IMG/VR virus record: IMGVR_UViG_3300008117_000066
Length of the DNA: 64,000 nt
From: an uncultured virus (IMG/VR IMGVR_UViG_3300008117_000066)
Lineage: Duplodnaviria; Heunggongvirae; Uroviricota; Caudoviricetes
Strand: one strand, 5' to 3'
Within the stretch, counting starts at the first letter, position 1. Each line of letters begins with the position of its first letter. The notes beneath the pieces were generated by a model. It was not told where the DNA came from. It saw only the letters and a list, made by a program, of their open reading frames with translations, and made no database searches. Positions 28,612 through 38,208 of this stretch are shown here, in pieces. Made by a program: the position numbers and the translations under genes.

Positions 28612-29136
28612 TCAGGGTTTGTCAAGACCCCCGTTCACGAACCGTTCACGAAGCCAAGCATAAACAGCCAGCCAGGTACCTGAATGACCTCTGAACGGCT
28701 TAGCGTCTATGGCGGGGAAGTGCTTGACAAGGGTGTCCTCGGTGTGGTAGTCTGTGAGAGCATGTGCTACCTCGTGGCACACGGCAGCACGGATCATGCG
28801 CTGCCACCCAGAGACGTTGCCCACCAGGGAGTGCTCTGCGATCTGCGGGTACTCCGTGTGCGTGAAGCCGTCCTGGTGGTTTATCTTATCAAAACAATTG
28901 GTGGCGATCAGGATACCAGGCTTCGACCAGGCGGTCAGCTTCTTGGCTCCACTCATCGATATGCTCGTCTCGCTGCCAAAATACGTCCCGCCGTAGTGCA
29001 TTGTGCGTCTACGATCAGGAGTCACCTCGACCAGGAGAGCCACATCTGGTTTTTCACGCATCTCCTGGTGCAGCGCACTCCAAATATGCCCAGCAAAGCC
29101 TGGAATATCGTCATAAGAAGTGATATATTCACGCAT
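28612..29136 (-). CDS. SprT-like HExxH metalloprotease-domain protein
   Basis: VCHEVAHAL followed by GHSGTW, matching SprT-like HExxH...HxxxW spacing. Confidence 0.65.
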   Translation of the reverse strand: MREYITSYDDIPGFAGHIWSALHQEMREKPDVALLVEVTPDRRRTMHYGGTYFGSETSISMSGAKKLTAWSKPGILIATNCFDKINHQDGFTHTEYPQIAEHSLVGNVSGWQRMIRAAVCHEVAHALTDYHTEDTLVKHFPAIDAKPFRGHSGTWLAVYAWLRERFVNGGLDKP

Positions 29137-29902
29137 TTTATTACAACCTTTTGATTTCACGCATTATTTTCACGCATTTTGCACCACAACAGTGCAAAAA
29201 GCAAGCATTTTCAAAAGCAAGCATTTAAAAGCAAGCATTTATAGAAGAAAGAGCACCAGGGATACGCATTTTCTTATTTCACGCATTTTTAAAAGCAAGC
29301 ATTTTTTTCGAAGCAGATCAAAACAGATCAAACCACGATCACTTCCACTTAACAGACGTTAAGAGACGTTCAGGAATGCAAGCATTTTAGCCCATGAAAT
29401 CGACCAGGCGACCATTATCATCCACTGCACGGATCCTACGATCAGGCATAGAGACCTTCAAGGACTTCATGGCATCAAGAATACGTACAGGCTCGTTGTC
29501 CACCGTCTGCACAGTGACCCAAGTGCCCGAATAATCCTGGTATTGAATGTGAACTACTGTCATTTTTTCGACCTTTTCATTTAGTTTATATTTCACGCAT
29601 TTTGCATAAGTATATTACGTATTTCGAGCATATTGTAAACCACGAAACCGCAAAAAGCAAGCATTATTTTCACGCATCTCGCCACCACCCAGCCCCTGCG
29701 AGTGCTGCAAGTGTCTGAACCTTGCATGAATGGGGAGCGCGTGGCGTAGGGAGTGCCTCTTGACGGGGCGTGGCGGGTGTGCTAGGGTGCGCTGGCGTGG
29801 GGTGTGGGCGCGGGATACACCACACCACCCCCTACGCAACACATTTTTATATTTGCGCCACAACTGTGCAGAAGACACCACTATGCGTTATTTTCACGCA
29901 TT
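29128..29902 (+). repeat. Array of about 14 same-orientation CA(C/A)GCAT(T) motifs plus a G-rich tract (right boundary of the island)
   Basis: TTCACGCAT with core at 29130, 29158, 29171, 29280, 29594, 29671, 29895; GCAAGCATT with core at 29202, 29218, 29232, 29296, 29379, 29658. Confidence 0.85.
29387..29563 (-). CDS. Small hypothetical protein (…RRIRAVDDNGRLVDFM) inside the repeat region
   Basis: AAGG SD; plausible compact beta-rich protein. Confidence 0.6.
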   Translation of the reverse strand: MTVVHIQYQDYSGTWVTVQTVDNEPVRILDAMKSLKVSMPDRRIRAVDDNGRLVDFMG

Positions 29903-32900
29903 ACCGTAAGCAATTCTTTCCCGTTTGTAGATAATCACATTCGGGTAGCCCTTTACCACGCGATACTGCTTCCCATGCCAGAAGATCCTTTCGAACCAAC
30001 CTTTTGGCGGTTCGGGTTCAATCACTCTTTCTCTAAGAAGCGCAGCGATCTCATAATCCCAGAGGTTGAAGATTATTTCGTCTTCCTTATTACTGATCAA
30101 TAAGATACTCTTGAATTGGTTTATCGCTTCTCTTTCTTTATCGGATTGGTTAACGTATTTCATAGAAAAACCTTAGTCCTGGGGTCAATCATCTTGTTTA
30201 TCTTTGCGTGGCTTTTTACTATCAGAAAAGGCTTCACCCTTTGGTCGCGGATCACGCACAATGTCCTTCCGTGGATCCCTGGACATTAAAAACATTTTCA
30301 GTCCAAAGTAGAAGGATGCCACGATAATAAGCACTCCCAGAGCTTTATCCGCCCCAACATCAATTAACCATTGTCCCATTTTATTTTCTCCTGAATTGGT
30401 TATGGTGATATACTTTGATTGGTACGAACACAGTACATGCCCAACGACCTGTCCTTGCGTTCCCTTGCGATCTTACGTGATGCTTCTACGCACTCGCTCT
30501 CGGTGTGGAAACCATCGATATGGTCAATGGCTACGGCAGCAGATTTAGGTTGATGATACGAGGTGTTGAACGATATAATTAGAATTAAAGTCCACATTAC
30601 ACGTTCCACCAGACAATGAATAACCCTGTCAGGACACACAGCCCAACAATGAGCAGATTGACCCAAAGCGGTGCGGGTGGTTTCTTGTATCGGTTCATAT
30701 AGTCTCCAGCATTAGTGAATTTGAGATCATCGTTCATTTTTCTTTCGTTCCTTATACTCTTCCATGCAACGGTCATAGACCACTTTATACGGTTCTGTCT
30801 TACTCGAAAGCGCGATGTTCTCGCACCAAGTTTCTGGTCTCTGGGCATCGATGATTTGATCGATAACTACCCAACCAAGGAAAAGAGCGAACAAGACACC
30901 AACAATAAATCCAGAACCGAAACCATTTTCGAATTCATTCATGTTTATTCCTCTTTCCCAGGCAGTGTCCAGTACCAAACCCACACACAACTAGCAAACA
31001 ACCACCACTTCCACATGGTGATATTCAGCCCCAATAAAGCAAGCAAAAAGGCAGTCAAGAACCCTGTCAGCACCACATTAACAAACTCTTTCATATCAAC
31101 CTTCACTCAATTCATAGACAACATCACAGTAAATATAAGTCTCAAGTTCATCGGAGTACCAACCTTCGTCCATGAGATCAAAGATATTCCAGCTGCCTTC
31201 ATATTTTTCTTCTAGTTCCTGGAGAACGGCTTCATCACACTTGGATGTGTCATAATCCTCTGAATAACACTCGTCCGTGTCAATCTGTTTGACTTCATAA
31301 GGACTGGAATAAATGTCGGTGCCCTTCTCAATAACAGGTTCGTTATCATCGGGCGTTTCGACCTCATAGGAACCACCACGGAACCATGAAGTGTACATAA
31401 TAACATTCTTACCATCGGTAATATGCTCAACATCTTTGATAGCTTTGTATTCAACAGGTGTCATTATCCAAGTTGCCATTTCATTCTCCTTTGCGAGAGT
31501 TAATTAAAAATTTGTTAATACGGTTAAGACTGATAATGTATTTTGCGATTAGTCATTCCAGTACGTTGCCACGGCGAAAGTTTTTTCCGCATCCTCTGAG
31601 ACCCAATCCGTCACTTCAAATGCAACGCTAAATCGCGCCCAGTTTTCTTCGCGGTACAGTCGAACCACGAATCCACCAGTTGCAACGGATTGATTGTCGC
31701 TATTCCACAGACGGCGCATTAGTTCACGAACTTGTTTTCTCAAGTCAGGGATTCCTGGAACCGCACCGATCATCGTCCATTTCCAATCAAGCATTGTCAT
31801 GACACGATGGACTTTTTCAAAATCGAAACATTCCATCATTTCGTCAACATGTTCTTCAAGTGTCTTCATTTCTTATACCATCTTATAGGTGAGTGTTTCT
31901 ATTAAAGCCTAATCTACACCAGGCTTAATGAACTTGAACTGAATATTGTGGTATATTAACTCGATGCGCTATCTCGAAGATCATAAAGCATATCACTATA
32001 ATCGGTTTTCAGGGCATCAACCCTGGTTTCTAACTTCTCAAGCGTTGAAGTCATGTCACAAAGCAAAATAGCAAGTTGTTCATCGTCCATATCAAACTCC
32101 AACAAATAAGGATAAACCACAGGCAACCGAAATGATGGTAACATCAATCCAGTTGATATTCTTGGATCCTAGCCACCTATTCATCTTTCTTATCCAGCAT
32201 ATCATAGAATGCTTCCAAAGTTCTAATGACAATGTAAGTAGCCAACAAGCAAAATGCAACAATGCAAGTCGCAGTGAACAGTAAAAATATGGCATCAATC
32301 ATCGGCAGACTCCCAAGTTGGCATCAGGGTTTTCTTTGCAAGCTTGCACAAGGGTTTTCAAAGCAGCAACAAAACTATCATAGCTGCCCCACCCATTCTC
32401 AGGGTTATACTGCTGGAATTGTTCGGGATCACTCTCCAACAAAGCAATACCCTCTTCGAGCAAAGGTGTTAGTTCGTATGCCCACTGGATACACAACTCT
32501 TCGGGTCGCCACAACGGTTTATAAAGATTCGCTGCTTCTGCCATTTTACCCAGGTTATGGGTGATGTTGGTGTTGTGCACTTCAACAGGTTTAGTTACCA
32601 TTAATGTAATATCAAGACTCATTTTTAATTTCCTTGACTGCTTCTCGCAGTTTATCGTAGACATAAGTTGAATTGTGAGATGGTTCTTCTATGTGAGAGA
32701 AATCAAAGTACCACTCGAACCATTGAATTGCCAATTTGATAGCTTCATCTTTACTTGTCATGTCTATTCCTTTTACGGGGTTTTGGTTTGTATTCATATG
32801 GTTTAAAGCGATTAACCTTTTTTTTCGGTCCATCGTAATCTCTCGGCTCAATAGCCAACTTATAAATCAACCAAACAATAAATGTCAATATCAAAAGACC

Positions 32901-33824
32901 TATCACTTGACTGATCATTTGATTACCCCTCTACCATCTCAATGTCGAGATCACAGGTGATATAGGTTTCGCTGTCCGTAAGATCCCAACCTTCACTCTC
33001 AAGATCAAAGATATCATTGTCTTCTAAAAATTCGCTCAGAAACTCCCTGGATTCTTGATCACATTTACTGTAATCATTTTCGGTCCAACAACCGTCAGTC
33101 GTTTCGATCAGTTCGACTTCATAACCCTGATTATAAATGCTCACTTCAGGGTCAAAGACAGGCGGGTTATCGTCTTTGGTATAGACATAGAAGCTACCCC
33201 AACGCCAGCCAGTTTCGACTTGCAGCCTATTGTCACCATTGACATAGTAATCAAAGTCAACGACAGATTTTTTTACAGTCGGTTCAATTTTCCACTTAGC
33301 CATATATTACTCCTTAAAAATTTCATTAAACTCTTCATTAGTCAAAGACGGGATGTTTTTCATGATGTATACTTTGGTTACTTGCTTGTCCTTGTAGAGT
33401 GCTACCATGATACTCAAAGCGCCATCAAACAAACCACTGTTGTAACCCTGATTATACACCCAATACCCATATCCGCCAAGAATACTCAACACACCCACAA
33501 TCAAAAGAATATTCATTAAGCAGCCCCAAAATTAAATACTTCAAAAACATGAAAAACATATGGACCACTTTCAGTGGAGTTTTGGTAGACGAAATTGATA
33601 TCCTTTACTTCTGGAATATCAATGCCCGTGCCAAGCGGTAAGAAACTACGAAAATAAGTTTTGGTTTCATTTTTATCAACAATCGCCCATACACAAAGCT
33701 TGGCGTTCTTGAAACCGATCTTGATTATTTTAGAACCTATTGGCATCAACGTTTGCATTACAGGGTAATCATTGTATTCGACTTCGGTTTTCTCAAGCAC
33801 ATACTTATAAACAACTTTCATCAA
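29894..33824 (-). CDS. Run of small early and membrane proteins (e.g. 29894-30163, 30185-30379, 31549-31869, 32299-32622, 33307-33516, 33516-33824)
   Basis: Co-oriented SD-led ORFs, several with N-terminal hydrophobic segments. Confidence 0.65.
31096..31479 (-). CDS. Acidic hypothetical protein, paralog A
   Basis: Aligns by eye with 32923-33303. Confidence 0.7.
   Translation of the reverse strand: MATWIMTPVEYKAIKDVEHITDGKNVIMYTSWFRGGSYEVETPDDNEPVIEKGTDIYSSPYEVKQIDTDECYSEDYDTSKCDEAVLQELEEKYEGSWNIFDLMDEGWYSDELETYIYCDVVYELSEG
32923..33303 (-). CDS. Acidic hypothetical protein, paralog B
   Basis: Shares DDN.PV, DxSKCD, IFDL..EGW and ETYI.CD with 31096-31479. Confidence 0.7.
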   Translation of the reverse strand: MAKWKIEPTVKKSVVDFDYYVNGDNRLQVETGWRWGSFYVYTKDDNPPVFDPEVSIYNQGYEVELIETTDGCWTENDYSKCDQESREFLSEFLEDNDIFDLESEGWDLTDSETYITCDLDIEMVEG

Positions 33825-34255
33825 TACTCTCCTTCACAAACTTGTAAACAACGAATACCAGCATCGCGCCACATCTTTACGACCTGGGAACGATCTTCGA
33901 AAACCATGTACGGGTCGAACTTATCATGACGCATTCTGTTCAGTAAATCAAGCTTAACCACATAGTCGGGACGGCGGTCATTGGCTTTGCGCATATACAA
34001 GGCATCACAGGTTAACCCATGATCGGATAACCAGTCAAGTGTATCGTTTTTACACACATCGGATCGACCCGTGCAAATCACAATTTTGTTCAGGACATGA
34101 ATGCTTTTATAAAGTTTCACCATCTCAGGGATCGGGGTGTCATACTTCACCGAAGCATAAAACCCATCCCAATCTTTGGTTTCGCCCTTGATATAATGAA
34201 GACGGTGGCTGCAATCCGCAAGCGTACCGTCCAGGTCAAATACTACTACATTCAT
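33821..34255 (-). CDS. HAD-family phosphatase (PseT phosphatase-domain-like)
   Basis: VVFDLDGTLAD, CTGR, MRKANDRRPDYVVK and FEDRSQVVKMWR. Confidence 0.85.
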   Translation of the reverse strand: MNVVVFDLDGTLADCSHRLHYIKGETKDWDGFYASVKYDTPIPEMVKLYKSIHVLNKIVICTGRSDVCKNDTLDWLSDHGLTCDALYMRKANDRRPDYVVKLDLLNRMRHDKFDPYMVFEDRSQVVKMWRDAGIRCLQVCEGEY

Positions 34256-34280
34256 TGGTGTTCCTTTTATTAATATGGGG

Positions 34281-34362
34281 ATGATACATCATATCAAATA
34301 ACGTGTCAATCCCCCCGTTAAGCTTAGGTTCATAGATTTTAAGGTTCAAAATAATATAAATA
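34281..34362. promoter_or_regulatory. Leftward early promoter with box, and rightward late promoter
   Basis: Minus TTGACA-N17-TATCAT; GTTAAG-N5-GTTCAT at 34317-34333; TATAAATA at 34355-34362. Confidence 0.75.
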
Positions 34363-34388
34363 GCATAGAACCCAACTTGAGGATAAAC

Positions 34389-36782
34389 ATGGACTATATC
34401 AGCGAAAAAATCAGCAGAGACCCAGTGACTGGCAAATTGTATGTTGGCAAAAAGCCAGGTGATGATCAGGCACCAGATGCCCCCGCAGCAAGCACTACTG
34501 CATCTGGAACTCCACAGCCAGAGAAAAAGGGCGCAAACTTTAGTCTTGGTGGTGTTGATCCAACAACTAAAAAAGGTTTTCTTGGCGTTCAACCAGGTCG
34601 TGATCCAGCTGATACATTTAGTGGTAAACTGGCTAATCTTTTTATCCCACGCATGGATAAAGAAACAGGTCGCCTTTACATGGGCACACAGGTTGGTAGA
34701 GATCCAAAACGAACAGCTGATACAGCATCAGCAACAGCAACACCAGCAACACCAGCAGCTGGAACACCAGCAGCTGGAACACCAGCAGCTGGAACACCAT
34801 CACAAGATGTCAAAGATAAATCAGCAGCACCTAAACTGAGTTCATTCGGAGCAGCATTCAAAGCAGCTAGAGAAGCTAGATTAAGCGGTAAAGGTGGCGA
34901 TACATTTGAGTTTGGTGGTAAGAAATATCATTCATATCAAGCTGGCGAAAAACGTCCAGGTGCGGGTGCTGCATCAGCAGCAAAACCAGCAGCAGTACCA
35001 GCAGCATCAAAAGCATCTGCTGGATCACCGCAAGAACCACCATTATCAGATAAAGAAAGTGCAGCAATTCAAAGAGAAAAAGACATTGGCAAAACGGGGA
35101 CTGCAAATCTTATATCTTTTCTTCCCCCAGCTCAAGTTGGTGGTCGAATGTTAGACGATATAATCGCTGGTGGTATGAAAAGAAGTATGGGTAGGACATA
35201 TGATGAGCGTGGTGTTATACAAAAGAACCCCGATTCTTTTAGATTCTACGATACAAAAGTTTCCACGACTACAACAAGAACTCCAGGCGAGAACTCAACC
35301 ACAACTACAAGAAATGGCGGAAAGACAAGCACAAGATCTGTTAGTGGTGGTGGTACGACTGAAATAAAATTAAATGATACAAGAACACCAACAGAAAAAG
35401 CAGCAGATGAAGCCAAAGACAAGGCTGATGCTGACGCTCTAGTGGCAGCAGCACGAGTAAAAGCGGGAAAACCAACCTATAAAGACAGTGCTGCACCTAC
35501 TTGGCGTTCTGGTTCTCCAACCGTTAAAGAAAGTATTGAACACTACAAAGAAGCATTCCGTGCTGTATTGGCTGAAGCTAGTGATCAAAAATTCACAGAT
35601 TATGATATTGAAAGACAAGTTAGTCACGGTCTTGGTCAAAAATATGATAAAAACAACCCAGAACATAAAAAAAAAGCTGATGCTCTGAGAAAATATCATC
35701 AAGCACGAGGTCGTTACGTTAACGATGCAGCAAAACCACAGGCTGCTACACAGCCACAGGGTGCTGCACGTCCACAGGCTGCTTCACAACCGCAAGGCAC
35801 AACACGTCCACAAGGCGCTGCACAACAAACCCGTGATAATGTTGATTCTAAAACCGACAGAGCAGCTCGTGAACAAGCAGCCCGTAACTCACGGAGTGCT
35901 CAAGCACAAGCTAGGTACAGCGGGTTTGGGTACTCAGCCAAAAGAACCGCTGGTGGCGGTGGTGGCGGTGGTGGCGGTGGTGGCGGTGGCTCGGCATCAA
36001 GAGCCACAGGGTCGCCAACTGGTGGTATGAATTGGACAAAAACAAAAAATTGGGCAAAAACAAATTTAACCCCTGGTAAAGTCGCAAGATTTGGTGCTGG
36101 TGCTGGTGTTGGTAGTTTAGTTGGATATGGTACGGATGTTGCTGCTACATATCTTGGGAATGCTATTGCTAGTAAGATTGCTAACACTGATTATAACGCA
36201 GATGTTGCAAAAGCCCGTGGTGATGATTTGGCTAGTGCTGCCCTTAAAAATGTTCCAACAGGTTTGGGTTGGGCTACTGGTGGTGCTGTTTTTGATAAAA
36301 TTCGCCGTGTTCCAGTAAAAGGCAATCTCGCCAGAGGCGCAGCTGTTGCTGTTGGTCTTGGCGCTGGTGACTACATAACAGCTAAAACAGCAAACACACC
36401 ATATGCACCTTTGGGCAGAATTGCTAACAAAACATTAGTTGGTGGTGGTTACGGTGCTGGTTTTGGTGGCAAACCAGGAGCAGGGATTGGCGCAGCTGCT
36501 GGTTTCGGTGTTGGTATTGGTAGTGAAATAAACAAAATCAAAGTTGGTGATAGTGATGTTGGTGAATATGTAAGCCGTGGTATTGAAGCTGCGGATAAAG
36601 CACTTGGTTACCCACTGACCCGTGATATACGCGACCAAGGTGCAGAAGAACGTGCCAAGATGAAAGCTGCAATGGACAAGAAAAGACAGCAAAATACTAC
36701 AGTCAAACCAGAAAGCGCACTTGATCGAGTAAGAAGAAGAGATCTACCAGCTGGTTATGGTGTTCTAAAAAGACCACAGTAA
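34389..36782 (+). CDS. Large low-complexity late protein with glycine-zipper segments; candidate packaged/ejected protein
   Basis: Late promoter; MDYISE-K start; internal VKE-S and LAE-A; GxxxG repeats in the C-terminal third; 15-bp tandem repeat at about 34748-34799. Confidence 0.7.
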   Translation: MDYISEKISRDPVTGKLYVGKKPGDDQAPDAPAASTTASGTPQPEKKGANFSLGGVDPTTKKGFLGVQPGRDPADTFSGKLANLFIPRMDKETGRLYMGTQVGRDPKRTADTASATATPATPAAGTPAAGTPAAGTPSQDVKDKSAAPKLSSFGAAFKAAREARLSGKGGDTFEFGGKKYHSYQAGEKRPGAGAASAAKPAAVPAASKASAGSPQEPPLSDKESAAIQREKDIGKTGTANLISFLPPAQVGGRMLDDIIAGGMKRSMGRTYDERGVIQKNPDSFRFYDTKVSTTTTRTPGENSTTTTRNGGKTSTRSVSGGGTTEIKLNDTRTPTEKAADEAKDKADADALVAAARVKAGKPTYKDSAAPTWRSGSPTVKESIEHYKEAFRAVLAEASDQKFTDYDIERQVSHGLGQKYDKNNPEHKKKADALRKYHQARGRYVNDAAKPQAATQPQGAARPQAASQPQGTTRPQGAAQQTRDNVDSKTDRAAREQAARNSRSAQAQARYSGFGYSAKRTAGGGGGGGGGGGGGSASRATGSPTGGMNWTKTKNWAKTNLTPGKVARFGAGAGVGSLVGYGTDVAATYLGNAIASKIANTDYNADVAKARGDDLASAALKNVPTGLGWATGGAVFDKIRRVPVKGNLARGAAVAVGLGAGDYITAKTANTPYAPLGRIANKTLVGGGYGAGFGGKPGAGIGAAAGFGVGIGSEINKIKVGDSDVGEYVSRGIEAADKALGYPLTRDIRDQGAEERAKMKAAMDKKRQQNTTVKPESALDRVRRRDLPAGYGVLKRPQ

Positions 36783-36788
36783 GGGGGC

Positions 36789-36816
36789 TTGACAAACCCA
36801 AAAATCCTGGTATAAT
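36789..36816 (+). promoter_or_regulatory. Early promoter (a second one at 37000-37028)
   Basis: TTGACA-N16-TATAAT with TGn; TTGACA-N17-TATGGT. Confidence 0.75.
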
Positions 36817-37052
36817 TGGGATGTTCTCCTTCATATTACTAAAAGCTTATGACTATATCATTATTACTAATAGGGTTTGGAATAGGAATCTATTTGGATT
36901 TCATTAACAAAACCACAAAATGGTTTAAACCATTAGCAGTAACCAGTCTTTTGTGTTCATTAGGTGGTATGGTAACATACATGTTATAACCTGTACACAT
37001 TGACAAAAACCAGAAACTCCTGTATGGTAGAGATACTTACAGGAGTTTTTTT

Positions 37053-37574
37053 ATGTCTATAGAACATGCATTACGTAACATCGAAGAAGATCGTCTTGAC
37101 GAGAAGCAATTACTAAGCCTTCTCAATAACGCAATAGAAAAGAACCATACGGTTCTCATCGACAAAATCAAACTAAAACTTCGTATCAAACATCCACGAG
37201 CAGCCAACAAACGCTTCGGCTCAAAAGAACGTGATGTGGTCGATACTCTGACAGCTACATATAACATGGTGAAAGAACAGTTCGATCTGATCGGAAACAA
37301 CGTCAAGAATGGTGTCAAGGCGGGTGGACCGATGAAGACGGGTGAACGTTATCTGTGCTACTACATATCATACAAGAACGACCAGGGTCATGCTTGTGCA
37401 TTGACTGTCAATCAGAAAACCGTTGATAGCGAAGTTTACTGTATTGTAAAAGATTATGTGGTTGGTGATGACACTCAAACCACAGAAAAAAGATTCGAAA
37501 TGGGTCTTTACAATGAAGCAGTTTTATGCTATATTCAACTTTTGAAAGAAATCGTAGGAGAAGTAAATGAGTAG
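37053..37574 (+). CDS. Hypothetical protein
   Basis: AGGAG SD; 173 aa. Confidence 0.7.
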   Translation: MSIEHALRNIEEDRLDEKQLLSLLNNAIEKNHTVLIDKIKLKLRIKHPRAANKRFGSKERDVVDTLTATYNMVKEQFDLIGNNVKNGVKAGGPMKTGERYLCYYISYKNDQGHACALTVNQKTVDSEVYCIVKDYVVGDDTQTTEKRFEMGLYNEAVLCYIQLLKEIVGEVNE

Positions 37575-37746
37575 AAGTGGGCAGTTCATTCAGTTTGTTC
37601 AAGAAATGATCGACAATAATGCTGATGATATGTATATCATTAATGAAACTACAGTTCGTTTCGGAGTTCGAATCACAACAGACTACATTGACTCGCTGCG
37701 TGAACATGCTTCCCTTGACTCAACATACGACAATTGGGGATGATAA

Positions 37747-38208
37747 TTGAACAATAAATGGGATTACCGTTTCGGTGAAATGGCAAAGCTCATTTCGTCT
37801 TGGAGTAAAGATCCATCAACTCAAGTTGGCGCAGTTATCGTGCGTCCGAACAAGTCTATCGCATCCCTTGGATACAATGGCTTCCCACCAGGCGTGGAAG
37901 ATCGTCCTGAGTGGTTACTCGACAGAACAAAGAAGCTGGAACTGATGGTTCATGCAGAGCACAATGCTCTGAACTTCTGTGACCATGAGAACATAACCAC
38001 ATCAACCATCTATGTGTACCCGTTACACCCCTGTGCAAAGTGTGCTAAGCGTATCTTTGACCGTGGTGTCACTACTGTGGTGACAGTGACAACCCAAGAA
38101 AAGCATGATTACATGTCGCAGCCCGAAGTCTGGGCGCGGTATGCTTTTGATCAAACATTTGCCCTGTTTGATGCTTTTGAAATTAAATACAGGACTATTA
38201 TTATATGA
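37747..38208 (+). CDS. cd: dCMP deaminase
   Basis: SKDPSTQVGA, GYNG, HAE and PCAKC. Confidence 0.92.
   Translation: MNNKWDYRFGEMAKLISSWSKDPSTQVGAVIVRPNKSIASLGYNGFPPGVEDRPEWLLDRTKKLELMVHAEHNALNFCDHENITTSTIYVYPLHPCAKCAKRIFDRGVTTVVTVTTQEKHDYMSQPEVWARYAFDQTFALFDAFEIKYRTIII

Noticed and set aside
29615..29881. 88-aa minus-strand ORF
   Set aside because: Lies in the repeat/G-rich boundary element and has an implausible composition.
17930..29902. CRISPR array or mini-array suggested by recurring repeats and a Cas4-like nuclease at 10783
   Set aside because: The repeats are degenerate, separated by whole genes or irregular gaps, with no constant repeat-spacer period; the nuclease is a stand-alone phage exonuclease type.
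35951..35990. (GGT/GGC)n tract, also at about 46186-46208
   Set aside because: Simply encodes poly-Gly linkers within ORFs.
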